In this document: positions 54,285 to 63,689 of the stretch, one piece after another
Numbering within the stretch: the stretch's first letter is position 1
Layout of the letters: each line of letters begins with the position of its first letter
NCBI GenBank assembly: GCA_028280285.1
Contig: JANQMA010000044.1
Coordinates: forward strand, 1,521-65,520
Direction of reading: 5' to 3'
DNA: 64,000 nucleotides
Source of the DNA: Candidatus Omnitrophota bacterium
GTDB lineage: Bacteria > Omnitrophota > Gorgyraeia > Zapsychrales > Zapsychraceae
Notes under the pieces: generated by a model
What the model saw: only the letters and a program-made list of their open reading frames with translations
What the model was told of the DNA's origin: nothing
The model's database searches: none
Position numbers and translations under genes: made by a program

Positions 54285-55673
54285 ATGGATCAAGAATTAG
54301 AACTATTAATGCCGGCCGGGAATTTTGAGAAGATGCAGTTTGCCTACGCATATGGCGCAGATGCGGTGTATCTGGGGATCCCGCAGTTTTCCTTGAGGGC
54401 TCGGGAGAATGGATTTAAGAAGCGCGCGTCCGTTATTGAAGCGGTCGAATACGCGCACAAACTAGGCAAGAAGGTCTACATCACAGCCAATATCCTGCCG
54501 CATAATCACAAGATCGAATCTTTCATTAAATACATCAATGACTTTTTGGCGGAATGTAAGCCCGACGCCTGGATTATGTCGGATCCTGGGCTCATTATGC
54601 TGATGCGCGAGAACCATCCCGATCAGGTGATTCACCTGTCCGTTCAGGCCAACACAGTGAATTTTGCCACCGCCCAGTTTTGGCAAAAGATGGGGATTAA
54701 GCGTGTCATTCTCTCCCGCGAGCTTTCGATTAAAGAAATTAAAGTGATATCCGAGGCCTGTCCGGATTTAGAGATCGAAGCCTTTGTGCATGGCGCGATC
54801 TGTATTGCCTATTCGGGACGGTGCTTGATTTCCAATTACATGTCCTATCGTGATCCGAATCAAGGGACATGTTCCAACTCTTGCCGCTGGAATTACAAGA
54901 TGTACGAAAAAAAAGATATTCAACCGCAGGCAATGTTAGACAATGCCAATCCCGAAGAGATAACCGAAACACAGCATGGCGATCCTTATGTGCCGATCAA
55001 AGGCGATTATTATTTGGAGGAAACAGAACGGCCCGGTGAGTTTTTACAATTAGATGAAGATGAAAACGGAACGTATTTGATGAACGCGCGCGATTTATGC
55101 GGTATTGAACATTTAGAGGAAATGCGTGACGCCGGTGTGATTAGTTTTAAAGTCGAAGGGCGTTCTAAGTCTATTTACTACGCGGCGATGGTCGCGCGCG
55201 CTTACCGTCGGGCGATCGATGATTTAAAGGCGGGCAAACCTTTTGACGCAAAGCATCTTGATGAGATTTATGCGACGTCTAATCGTGGTTTAATTGCCGG
55301 ATTTCTTAAAGGGAATCCCGGACATACGGCCCAAAACTTTGAGGATGGACGCTCTCAAGCATCGACTTGTCGTTTCTCCGGTGTTTTGCGTGATTATGAC
55401 GAAGATAAAAAATTGATGAAGGTTGAGGCGCGCAATCCCATCCGTCAAGGGATGACACTTGAAATCGCTTTGCCGGATCAAACAATCACATTTACCGTTG
55501 ATCAATTGTTTGACGCCAAGATGAATGACGTTGATATTGTTCATGGCGGCGTCGGCCATTGTTTTATTCCGTATCCGGAAAATTTGGGCGAGTTTGTGAT
55601 TTTTCGGGAGAAACTTGCTCAGGAAAATGAACAAGAGTTAATAAAATACAGTAGTGATAAAGTGATACAGTGA
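54285..55673 (+). CDS. trhP: U32 peptidase family tRNA hydroxylase TrhP/YegQ
   Basis: ELLMPAG, YGADAVY, HLSVQAN, FVHGAICIAYSGRCLIS, RDPNQGTCSNSCRW, FKVEGR.KS.YY. Confidence 0.9.
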   Translation: MDQELELLMPAGNFEKMQFAYAYGADAVYLGIPQFSLRARENGFKKRASVIEAVEYAHKLGKKVYITANILPHNHKIESFIKYINDFLAECKPDAWIMSDPGLIMLMRENHPDQVIHLSVQANTVNFATAQFWQKMGIKRVILSRELSIKEIKVISEACPDLEIEAFVHGAICIAYSGRCLISNYMSYRDPNQGTCSNSCRWNYKMYEKKDIQPQAMLDNANPEEITETQHGDPYVPIKGDYYLEETERPGEFLQLDEDENGTYLMNARDLCGIEHLEEMRDAGVISFKVEGRSKSIYYAAMVARAYRRAIDDLKAGKPFDAKHLDEIYATSNRGLIAGFLKGNPGHTAQNFEDGRSQASTCRFSGVLRDYDEDKKLMKVEARNPIRQGMTLEIALPDQTITFTVDQLFDAKMNDVDIVHGGVGHCFIPYPENLGEFVIFREKLAQENEQELIKYSSDKVIQ

Positions 55674-55744
55674 TAGTAGTGATAGATGTAATTTTATCTC
55701 TCGCGCATTTTATATCACTTTAACACTCTATCACTCTATCACTT
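55653..55744. repeat. Octamer tandem/inverted element (AGTGATAV), 4+4, overlapping the trhP stop
   Basis: agtgataa agtgatac agtgatag t agtgatag ... tatcactt taacactc tatcactc tatcactt. Confidence 0.8.
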
Positions 55745-55747
55745 TTT

Positions 55748-56506
55748 ATGATTTCCACATTCGATCCCATTTTCATCCAATCCCTCCGCAAACGTGAAAA
55801 CCGCGATAAAACCGGCTTAACCATTGTCGAGGGATATCCGGAGGTGAAACACGCTTATGAAGCCGGAGTTGTCTTTGAATCACTTTTTATTTGTGAAGAA
55901 ATCTTCACCCCAGCCCGGGGGGAATTTAACAATATCGATATAACCACTATTTCTAAAGATGAGTTTGCCCAAATTGCCTTCGGTGCACGGCTTAAGGGTA
56001 TACTGGCTTTGTGCAAACCACATATTTACCCGCTCGATGAACTTAAACTTAAGGAAAATCCTCTGATCATTATGCTCGAGGGGGTTGAAAAACCGGGGAA
56101 TCTCGGTGCCGTGCTGCGCACATGCGATGGGGCCGGTGTTGACGCGGTGATTATGTGCGACGGCAAGACCGATGTGTATAATCATAATGTTGTCCGTTCA
56201 AGTATAGGTACAGTTTTTACCGTGCCAACTATCGCAACGACAAATGAGGAAGCTTTGCGTTATTTAAGAGAAAATAACATTGATGTTTATGCGGCGACCG
56301 CGCATGCCGATGCGCTTTACACAGATTGTGATTTAACGAAAGCGACCGCCATTATCGTCGGTAATGAGCATGAAGGGTTGTCTGATTTTTGGCTTAGAGA
56401 ATCTGATAAAAAAATCAAGATTCCTATGGTCGGCGAAGGCGGGTGTTTGAATGTTGCGATGAGTGCATCGATTTTAACTTATGAAGTGGTGAGGCAAAGA
56501 GGATGA
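55748..56506 (+). CDS. TrmH/SpoU family RNA 2'-O-methyltransferase
   Basis: EKPGNLGAVLRT.DGAG, VGNEHEGLS, IPM....LNVA.SA.I..YE..RQR. Confidence 0.93.
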   Translation: MISTFDPIFIQSLRKRENRDKTGLTIVEGYPEVKHAYEAGVVFESLFICEEIFTPARGEFNNIDITTISKDEFAQIAFGARLKGILALCKPHIYPLDELKLKENPLIIMLEGVEKPGNLGAVLRTCDGAGVDAVIMCDGKTDVYNHNVVRSSIGTVFTVPTIATTNEEALRYLRENNIDVYAATAHADALYTDCDLTKATAIIVGNEHEGLSDFWLRESDKKIKIPMVGEGGCLNVAMSASILTYEVVRQRG

Positions 56507-57165
56507 AAGTATTTATTATCGTTGTAAGTCTTTTGTTTGCGGTAGCAGCCCATGCTGAGCTATCCCTTGATTTCTTTTATGATCTGGACAAACAAAACCT
56601 AACGCTTAATGGCGACATTGAAAAAATCGAAGATCAAAAGTATATGCTTGTTATTTATAAAAACGGCATTTCTGTTTTAAGAGAAGATTCATTTGCTGTT
56701 AGCAATCTGTACGAGGAGCCGATGGCGCTTGAAGCACGCGAGGGGGAACTTTTGCGTGTCGAAATATGGGGTGATAATGGCCTGATGTTTTATGAGGAGA
56801 TTACTGCAGGAAGCAATGAACAAAAAGCGTCCAATGTAAAGAAAGCTGCTCCTAAGAAGGCACAAAGCGTACTTATTTCTGATACACCAGAAGTTAGCTC
56901 GTCTATTCTTATTGAAGGGGATGAAATGACAGATGAATTTGTTGAAGAGGATATTGAGCCGGTCCGTGAAAGTTATGGTTATAAAGATGAAGGAAACACT
57001 TCGATCGGTACAGAAAGCTACGGATATAAATTGAAACAAGAAAGCAAAAAGCATGAGACGTATGGTCATAAAGACATGGGATATGAAAGCAAGGATTCAA
57101 GTTATGGTCATGATAATTTGGGCTACGAAAGCAAAGATGAAAGTTACGGAAGGAAAGAATATTAA
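56503..57165 (+). CDS. Secreted hypothetical protein with C-terminal SYG repeats
   Basis: Signal peptide ending AHA; five ~14-aa repeats [ES][ST]YG[YHR]; coupled to both neighbours. Confidence 0.75.
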   Translation: MKVFIIVVSLLFAVAAHAELSLDFFYDLDKQNLTLNGDIEKIEDQKYMLVIYKNGISVLREDSFAVSNLYEEPMALEAREGELLRVEIWGDNGLMFYEEITAGSNEQKASNVKKAAPKKAQSVLISDTPEVSSSILIEGDEMTDEFVEEDIEPVRESYGYKDEGNTSIGTESYGYKLKQESKKHETYGHKDMGYESKDSSYGHDNLGYESKDESYGRKEY

Positions 57166-57971
57166 TGGACGCGAAAGCGGAAATTGAAGTTGCTCTACGA
57201 AAAAAATATGTTGTGCCGAAACTCTTGAAAGAAGTTTCGCGCCGCAGCGCGCGGGCCATTCTTGATTACGGCATGATTGAGGAGGGTGACAGAATTGCCG
57301 TTGCTGTCTCGGGGGGCAAAGATAGTATTTCATTACTGCATGTGTTGCGTCATCGTCGGCGTGTCAGCCCTGTTAAGTTTGATTTTACGGCGGTCCATAT
57401 TGATTTTGCCTTTGCTGATTTTAATCCGGAGAAATTAATCGATTATCTTAAACGGAACGAGTTTGATTTTCTGGTTGAAAAAGTCAGCGCTCTTAAAGGT
57501 GAAAATTATGAAGACATTGATTGCTTCCGCTGGTCATGGAACAGGCGTAAGGCGCTGTTTCAACTGTGCGAACAAAAAGGTTTTACTAAAATTGCTTTTG
57601 GCCATCATTTAGATGATATTGCCGAGACGATTCTCCTTAATCAGTTTTACCGGGCTGAAGTCGGGGCTATGAAACCGTGCCAAGAGCTTTTTGAAGGAAG
57701 GATTAAATTGATCCGCCCGCTTGCCTATGAGCGTGAAACTGTTATGGAGGCGCTGGCCCGGGAGCTTGATATTGAATCAATCGGCGGACAATCGAAATGC
57801 GCCAATGATGATACATCGCATCGGATGATCCTTAAGAAAATGCTGCGTAATATGGAACGTGATAATCCAAACGTTGTACCGAATATTTTTAAGAGCTTAC
57901 AAAACATACGTTATGAGTATCTTCTTGATAAAGTCGAAGGAAGAAAAGCGGCAAAGGTCAAAATGAAATGA
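57165..57971 (+). CDS. ttcA: tRNA 2-thiocytidine biosynthesis protein TtcA family
   Basis: PP-loop AVSGGKDS, GHHLDDIAET, IRPL; first CxxC reads CFRW. Confidence 0.85.
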   Translation: MDAKAEIEVALRKKYVVPKLLKEVSRRSARAILDYGMIEEGDRIAVAVSGGKDSISLLHVLRHRRRVSPVKFDFTAVHIDFAFADFNPEKLIDYLKRNEFDFLVEKVSALKGENYEDIDCFRWSWNRRKALFQLCEQKGFTKIAFGHHLDDIAETILLNQFYRAEVGAMKPCQELFEGRIKLIRPLAYERETVMEALARELDIESIGGQSKCANDDTSHRMILKKMLRNMERDNPNVVPNIFKSLQNIRYEYLLDKVEGRKAAKVKMK

Positions 57972-58579
57972 ATGAGCGTGCCGAGGCCATTTTAGATTAT
58001 TGGTTTGAAGGGTTTGAGGATAAGGATAAGGCGGATCAATCTAAGAATCCTTTTCGTAAATGGTTTATGGGAGGGGAAGCTGTTGATCGTGAAATTTGCG
58101 ATCAGTTTGGCGATGATCTTAAAAAAGCAATCGACGGGCAGTACGAAGATTGGACCGACGATCCTGAAAGTTGTTTAGCGCTTATTATTCTCCTTGATCA
58201 ATTTACCCGTAATGTTTTTCGCAATGACCCGCGTGCCTTTGATTGTGATCCAAAAGCCCAATCGATTGTTTTGGATGCTATTGATAAAGGACTTGATCAG
58301 AGGCTTTCACTTGTTAAGCGGGTATTTCTTTACATGCCGCTTATGCATGCCGAGGATATCGATATTCAAAATAAAAGTGTTGCTCTCTTTGAACAATTAG
58401 TCAAAGATTCTAAAGAAATTTCCCCTCAAAATACCTTCGTTTATAACGGCAATCTCAAGTATGCCATCATTCATCGTAATGATATAGAAAAGTATGGCCG
58501 CTTTCCTTATCGTAATGCTGTTTTAGGACGGGACAATACGTCCGAGGAGGAAGAGTTCTTAGCAGCGCGAAGCAAATAA
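57968..58579 (+). CDS. DUF924 family protein
   Basis: ILDYWF, LALIILLDQF.RN.FR, FLYMPLMHAE, I..YGRFPYRN.VLGR..T.EE. Confidence 0.93.
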   Translation: MNERAEAILDYWFEGFEDKDKADQSKNPFRKWFMGGEAVDREICDQFGDDLKKAIDGQYEDWTDDPESCLALIILLDQFTRNVFRNDPRAFDCDPKAQSIVLDAIDKGLDQRLSLVKRVFLYMPLMHAEDIDIQNKSVALFEQLVKDSKEISPQNTFVYNGNLKYAIIHRNDIEKYGRFPYRNAVLGRDNTSEEEEFLAARSK

Positions 58580-58581
58580 GG

Positions 58582-58671
58582 GCGGATAGCGTATAGGGTA
58601 TAGCGAATAGTTAGTAAATAGTTTTTAGTAACTGATGACTTTCTAGGCGCTATTCGCTAAACGCTGTATGC
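58582..58671. repeat. Heptamer tandem/inverted element (GCGDATA), 4+4
   Basis: gcggata gcgtata gggtata gcgaata ... taggcgc tattcgc taaacgc tgtatgc. Confidence 0.75.
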
Positions 58672-58676
58672 TGAAA

Positions 58677-59672
58677 TTACATTTTCCCCGCAAGTTTCTC
58701 GGTGTATTCAATATTACCCATAATCACCTTCAACACAACCGCAAGCGGCACGGCGAGAAACATTCCCACAATTCCCCAAATAATCCCCCAGAAGATTAAT
58801 GAGAGAAGAATAGTGATAGGGTTAAGACCGATCGAATCGCCCATTACTTGAGGCTCGATCACATTGCCGATAGTAAATTGAATGACACCGGGAATGGCAA
58901 TGGCCATAATCGCGGTTGCTGTTGTGACATCAGGGGAGATGAGCACAACCGGCAAAGGCAAAAGAGTGGCAATAAGAGAACCGATGCTGGGGATAAAGTT
59001 AAGAATAAACGCCATAAGGCCAAAGGCGAGTGCCAGATCAATATTGAGAATAGTAAGCACAATACCGACAAGAATACCGGTCACGCCTGAGATCAGCAGT
59101 TTGGTGACGATATATTTTTTAATACGCAGCTCAACGCCGACCCAATTTTCGTCAGGCTCCTCAGTTGCCTTTTTACCTCCCAAAAGAAGGAACAAAACAA
59201 AGATCAAAACAAGAATACCTTGGGAGAAAATACCGATGATCGCATTAAAAGTGCCGAGCACCATATTGCCTGCTCTTTGGGCCATGTTTCTAACGCTAGG
59301 TTCGATAATTGATTTTATATTGCTGCCGTGTCGCTCAAAGTATTGAGATGAGGTGACCTTTTCGGCCAGCTGCATAATTTTGGCTTGATACGAATCGGCA
59401 TTGGCAATCATCTGGCTGACTGAGGCTGAGATGAGTAAGCCAATGAGAAATAGAATAACCCCGGCAAGCAAAATAGATGTGACAACCGCGGTCGGATGAT
59501 TAAATTTCAAATATTTTTTTTGAACGTTAATGATCGTGGTCAGAATCAACCCTAAAAAAAGCGCCAGGATAAAAGGCACCATGACGGGTTTAAGGAAGGC
59601 CAGCGCAACGCCGGTGGCGATAAAGGTCAAAATGAGTAAACAGACTGATTGTAGGCGCTGTTGGCTTTCCAT
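58677..59672 (-). CDS. AI-2E family transporter
   Basis: FILNFIPSIGS, GNVIEP.VMG, LIFWG.IWG..GMFLAVPL. Confidence 0.92.
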   Translation of the reverse strand: MESQQRLQSVCLLILTFIATGVALAFLKPVMVPFILALFLGLILTTIINVQKKYLKFNHPTAVVTSILLAGVILFLIGLLISASVSQMIANADSYQAKIMQLAEKVTSSQYFERHGSNIKSIIEPSVRNMAQRAGNMVLGTFNAIIGIFSQGILVLIFVLFLLLGGKKATEEPDENWVGVELRIKKYIVTKLLISGVTGILVGIVLTILNIDLALAFGLMAFILNFIPSIGSLIATLLPLPVVLISPDVTTATAIMAIAIPGVIQFTIGNVIEPQVMGDSIGLNPITILLSLIFWGIIWGIVGMFLAVPLAVVLKVIMGNIEYTEKLAGKM

Positions 59673-59683
59673 AAGATGTATTT

Positions 59684-59752
59684 AGTGTAGATAAAGAACA
59701 GGAGCGTGTCAAATGGAAATAGGCTTGTCATAACCTAGAAAATTGTTACAAT
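59684..59752. promoter_or_regulatory. Back-to-back sigma70 promoters for the AI-2E gene and yidD
   Basis: Minus strand TTGACA-N17-TACACT (59712-59684); plus strand TTGTCA-N16-TACAAT (59725-59752). Confidence 0.6.
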
Positions 59753-59761
59753 GTCACTGAA

Positions 59762-60019
59762 ATGGTAGCAAAACTCTTCCAATATATATTGATTCTCCCG
59801 ATCAGATTTTACCAGATCGCCCTATCGCCGCTTTTGGGGCGTAATTGCCGCCATATACCGACGTGCTCACAGTACGCCATTGAGGCAATCAAAGAGCATG
59901 GAGCATTTAAGGGCGTTTGGCTCAGCATTAAACGCATTTTGAAATGCCATCCGCTCGGCACATCAGGATACGATCCTGTGCCAAAGAAAGAAACACATGC
60001 CACTCAAAATCTACAATAG
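59762..60019 (+). CDS. yidD: Membrane protein insertion efficiency factor
   Basis: IRFYQ..LSPL...CR..PTCSQYA.EAI..HG..KG..L...RILKCHP....GYDPVP. Confidence 0.95.
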   Translation: MVAKLFQYILILPIRFYQIALSPLLGRNCRHIPTCSQYAIEAIKEHGAFKGVWLSIKRILKCHPLGTSGYDPVPKKETHATQNLQ

Positions 60020-61457
60020 TCTAGGACGCGAAAAACAAGAATTTGTTCCCCTTGAGCCCGGCGTAGTCAAACTCTATGTCTGCGGACCGACGGTCTATGA
60101 TCTTTTGCATGTCGGCAACTTTCGCGGCGCGATCTTTTTTAATCTGGTGCGCAATTGGCTTACCAAAAGCAGTTACGATGTAACGTTTGTTTATAACTAC
60201 ACAGATATTGATGACAAGATTATTAACCGGGCCCATGAAGAAGGTGTTGATCCGCTTAAACTCAGCGAACAATATATTGAAGAATTTGAAAAAGACTTTG
60301 GTCAACTTGGTCTTGTTAAACATGATCATAATCCTAAATGCTCGGATCATATTGATGACATGGTCCAATTTGTTGAAGGCTTGATTGAGCGTGGTCATGC
60401 CTATGAAGTGGAAGGTTCTGTTTTTTACGCGATCGATAGTTTTAAAGAATATGGCAAGCTCAGTGGGCGTAATGTCGATGAGCTTGAGGCCGGGCATCGT
60501 GTTGATCCGGATCCGCGTAAAAAAAACGCACTCGACTTTATATTATGGAAGCCGGCGAAAGAAGGTGAGCCGTCATGGTATTCACCATGGGGGCAGGGAC
60601 GGCCTGGCTGGCATTTAGAATGCTCGGCCATGAATAAGTGTGTGCACGGCGATCAAATCGACATTCACGGTGGCGGCTTTGATCTGACATTTCCTCATCA
60701 CGAAAATGAAATCGCGCAAAGCGAAGGCTTAACGGGTAAACAGTTTGCCAAATACTGGATGCACAATAACTTCATTAACTTCGGTGATGAAAAGATGTCG
60801 AAGTCTTTAGGTAATGTTGTTAAGGCGCGTGACTTTATGACGACGTATAATCCGGAGATTTTAAAGTATATGATGCTCGCCGTTCATTACCGCTCACCGC
60901 TTAACTTGTCGACCGGTCATATTCATCAAGCGATGGCGGCTTTGGCGCGCATATACGGTGCCATTGCCAATGCGGATGATATTATCGCGCGCAGCGCTGT
61001 AAAGCCGGAAGAAGACAGCGCGTTTAAAGGGCTGCTTGATGAGGCGGATCAAAAAATTCACGTAGCTTTGGATGATGATTTTAATACACCGGTTATGATG
61101 GCCGCTATTTTTGATATTGTTAGAAGTTTTAACGAAGGCTATAAGCCGGGAAAAAAAGTGAGTCCAATACTTGCCTACAAAGCCGATGCGTTTACTCAAT
61201 GGATCAAATCGTGGGGAGAGCTCGGCGCGTTATTTGGCGAACCGGCACTTAAGTTTCTTAAAGAACTGGATGAAATCCTCATAAAAAAGAAAGACATTGA
61301 TGTTTCTGAGGTAGAAGGTTTGATTCAAAAGCGTAATGAGGCCCGCGCTAATAAAGATTTCCAAACGGCTGATGAGTGTCGTGATCAGCTTCTTGCCATG
61401 GATATTCTCCTCCAAGACACACCCACCGGAACTATCTGGGAAGTTAAGAAGTCATAA
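59997..61457 (+). CDS. cysS: Cysteine--tRNA ligase
   Basis: [44 protein letters not shown]. Confidence 0.98.
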   Translation: MPLKIYNSLGREKQEFVPLEPGVVKLYVCGPTVYDLLHVGNFRGAIFFNLVRNWLTKSSYDVTFVYNYTDIDDKIINRAHEEGVDPLKLSEQYIEEFEKDFGQLGLVKHDHNPKCSDHIDDMVQFVEGLIERGHAYEVEGSVFYAIDSFKEYGKLSGRNVDELEAGHRVDPDPRKKNALDFILWKPAKEGEPSWYSPWGQGRPGWHLECSAMNKCVHGDQIDIHGGGFDLTFPHHENEIAQSEGLTGKQFAKYWMHNNFINFGDEKMSKSLGNVVKARDFMTTYNPEILKYMMLAVHYRSPLNLSTGHIHQAMAALARIYGAIANADDIIARSAVKPEEDSAFKGLLDEADQKIHVALDDDFNTPVMMAAIFDIVRSFNEGYKPGKKVSPILAYKADAFTQWIKSWGELGALFGEPALKFLKELDEILIKKKDIDVSEVEGLIQKRNEARANKDFQTADECRDQLLAMDILLQDTPTGTIWEVKKS

Positions 61458-61490
61458 CTAATATTTATTGATTTGATAAATATAAAAACT

Positions 61491-61519
61491 TTGTCTTATC
61501 AATTGCTCTAAACTATACT
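61491..61519 (+). promoter_or_regulatory. Sigma70-type promoter
   Basis: TTGTCT-N17-TATACT. Confidence 0.55.
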
Positions 61520-61541
61520 AAGAGTTAAAAAAGAGCGCGTT

Positions 61542-62933
61542 ATGACAACTATACGTAAAGTACTGCATAATATGGTAACAAACAAGCAATGGCTTAAGGC
61601 TTTGGGCGTCATTGTGCTGGCGTTTGTCTGCTATCTTGTCTTTCCGGAATCGGCAGGTGAAGGTGCCCGGCGTATGGTGTTTATTTTTGTCTTTGCCGCG
61701 CTTTTCTGGGCGCTTGAAATCGTTCCGCTTTATGCAACCAGTTTTCTGGTTGTCCTCCTTGAGGTATTTTTGCTCGCGCGGCCCGGCGGTGTTTTAGGAA
61801 TGGAGCCTTCCGGCTATAAAACGTTTCTTCTTCCATTCGGTAGTCCTATTATTATGCTTTTTCTAGGCGGTCTAACTATTGCCTCTGCACTGCATAAATA
61901 TAAGGTAGACCACTTCATTGCAGAGAAACTGATCGCACTGTTTGGCAATAAACCGTATTTTATTATGTGCGGGTTTATGGTGACGACCGCCTTTCTTTCG
62001 ATGTGGATGTCAAACACCGCGACAACCGCCATGATGATTTCGATGATCACACCGGTCTTGGGCCATATCAACCATGATGATCCGTATAAAAAAGGAATTG
62101 TTTTAAGTATTCCTTTTGCGGCTAATATCGGCGGGATCGGTACGCCGGTTGGAACACCGCCTAATGCGATCGCGCTTGGGATTTTGGCAGACTACGGGAT
62201 TAACTTAAGTTTTACTTCGTGGATGCTGATGGCTATCCCACTTGTTGTTATTTTGCTTTTTTTAGCCAGTGTTGTAATTTATTTCCTTTTTCCACCGAAG
62301 AATAAAGAGTTTAATTTGCACTTAAAACTTGAAGAGCCGTTAACACATGAGGCAAAACTATCAGGTGCCATTGCGGTCGTAACGGTTTTGCTTTGGCTGA
62401 CATCTTCTTTTCACAAATTACCGTCAGCCGTTGTCGCGCTTACGGCTGTATGTTTGTTTTTTTCTTTTCATCTTCTTAAGCAAGATGATTTTAAACGCAT
62501 TGATTGGGATGTTTTGGTTCTAATGTGGGGAGGGCTGTCTTTAGGCAAGGGTCTTGGTGTAAGCGGGCTTACGGAATGGATTGTCCAACTTCCTGTTTTT
62601 GATCAGACGGGGATTATTTTAGTTATTTCATTCAGTATTCTCGGATTGTTTGTATCAACATTTATGAGCCATACAGCGACGGCGAATTTGCTTATTCCGA
62701 TTGTGCTGGCTATTCCCGGACAAAACATCATATTTCTGGCGGTTACGATTGCGCTTGCCTGTTCCTTTGCTATGGCGCTTCCCATCTCAACACCACCGAA
62801 CGCGATTGCTTTTTCAACGAATGCCCTGCGCATCAATGACATGCTTAAGGCGGGTGCGATTATCTCGGTTATTGCCTTTGCGCTTTTAATGATGGGGTTT
62901 CAATTTTTTATTACCAAGGCATTTGGGTTATGA
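61542..62933 (+). CDS. SLC13/DASS family Na+:dicarboxylate/sulfate symporter
   Basis: LSMWMSNTAT, AANIGG.GTPVGTPPN, MSHTATA, ALPISTPPNAI. Confidence 0.93.
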   Translation: MTTIRKVLHNMVTNKQWLKALGVIVLAFVCYLVFPESAGEGARRMVFIFVFAALFWALEIVPLYATSFLVVLLEVFLLARPGGVLGMEPSGYKTFLLPFGSPIIMLFLGGLTIASALHKYKVDHFIAEKLIALFGNKPYFIMCGFMVTTAFLSMWMSNTATTAMMISMITPVLGHINHDDPYKKGIVLSIPFAANIGGIGTPVGTPPNAIALGILADYGINLSFTSWMLMAIPLVVILLFLASVVIYFLFPPKNKEFNLHLKLEEPLTHEAKLSGAIAVVTVLLWLTSSFHKLPSAVVALTAVCLFFSFHLLKQDDFKRIDWDVLVLMWGGLSLGKGLGVSGLTEWIVQLPVFDQTGIILVISFSILGLFVSTFMSHTATANLLIPIVLAIPGQNIIFLAVTIALACSFAMALPISTPPNAIAFSTNALRINDMLKAGAIISVIAFALLMMGFQFFITKAFGL

Positions 62934-63607
62934 AATGTCAAAGAATCATATTATTAACTTTAGGCTTACTCTTATTGTCATCGTTGGGCCACGGCAGCGA
63001 TGACTTTCAGTACTGGTCGCAGTATTCATTTAAACTCATCGATACAAAGCATATTGATGGGACATTGTTTTCCGAAGCGCGTCTTTATAATGATACGCAT
63101 GACACGGGGCTCTATTATGTCAGTGCGCGTGTCACGTATGACTATATTAATCATTTGCAATTAGGAACAAACTACACATATATGAATTACAAATCGCAGC
63201 CGCAAAGCGGTGATCTGGGTGCCTGGCGGTTTCAGCACCGCGCGGAGCTGGAAGTGAACCCTTATTTTTTTATTGGCGATTGGCTGAAAGTCAAAAACCG
63301 CAATCGCATCGAGTTCCGCTGGATTGAGGGCAGAGGGTCGTATAACACACGCCTTAGGCATCGCTGGACCCTCACACATCCCTTAAAGGATAAGGGGAGA
63401 TTTAAGTCCATTTATTTAAGCAGCGAATTTATCTATAACGTCGCCGAGCACACCTATGATGAAAACAGAACGGTGCCGTTTGGCGCGGCAGTTAAACTGA
63501 ATGATCAACTAACGGTTAAGTCTTACTATATGATTCAGTCTAAGAAAGGAGGTAATGGCTGGTTCAGCAATCAGATAATTGGGACATTATTGTCCTATAA
63601 ATTTTAA
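62930..63607 (+). CDS. DUF2490-like outer-membrane beta-barrel
   Basis: Signal peptide; DFQYW, RNRIEFRW, R.R.R, SEF.YN, ENR; C-terminal YKF. Confidence 0.75.
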   Translation: MKCQRIILLTLGLLLLSSLGHGSDDFQYWSQYSFKLIDTKHIDGTLFSEARLYNDTHDTGLYYVSARVTYDYINHLQLGTNYTYMNYKSQPQSGDLGAWRFQHRAELEVNPYFFIGDWLKVKNRNRIEFRWIEGRGSYNTRLRHRWTLTHPLKDKGRFKSIYLSSEFIYNVAEHTYDENRTVPFGAAVKLNDQLTVKSYYMIQSKKGGNGWFSNQIIGTLLSYKF

Positions 63608-63612
63608 AAACT

Positions 63613-63656
63613 GTGGTAGAGTGGTAGGAGTGGTAGAGCGGCAATTTTACCACCCT
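63613..63656. repeat. Degenerate octamer tandem/inverted element (GTGGTAGA)
   Basis: gtggtaga gtggtagga gtggtaga gcggcaa ... ttaccaccc. Confidence 0.5.
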
Positions 63657-63689
63657 TATAACTTTTCTGATTAAAAAAAGGGGTCAAAA

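Noticed and set aside
24395-63656. Short repeat arrays as CRISPR or DGR components
   Set aside because: No constant repeat with unique spacers, and no cas genes, reverse transcriptase or TR/VR pair in the window.
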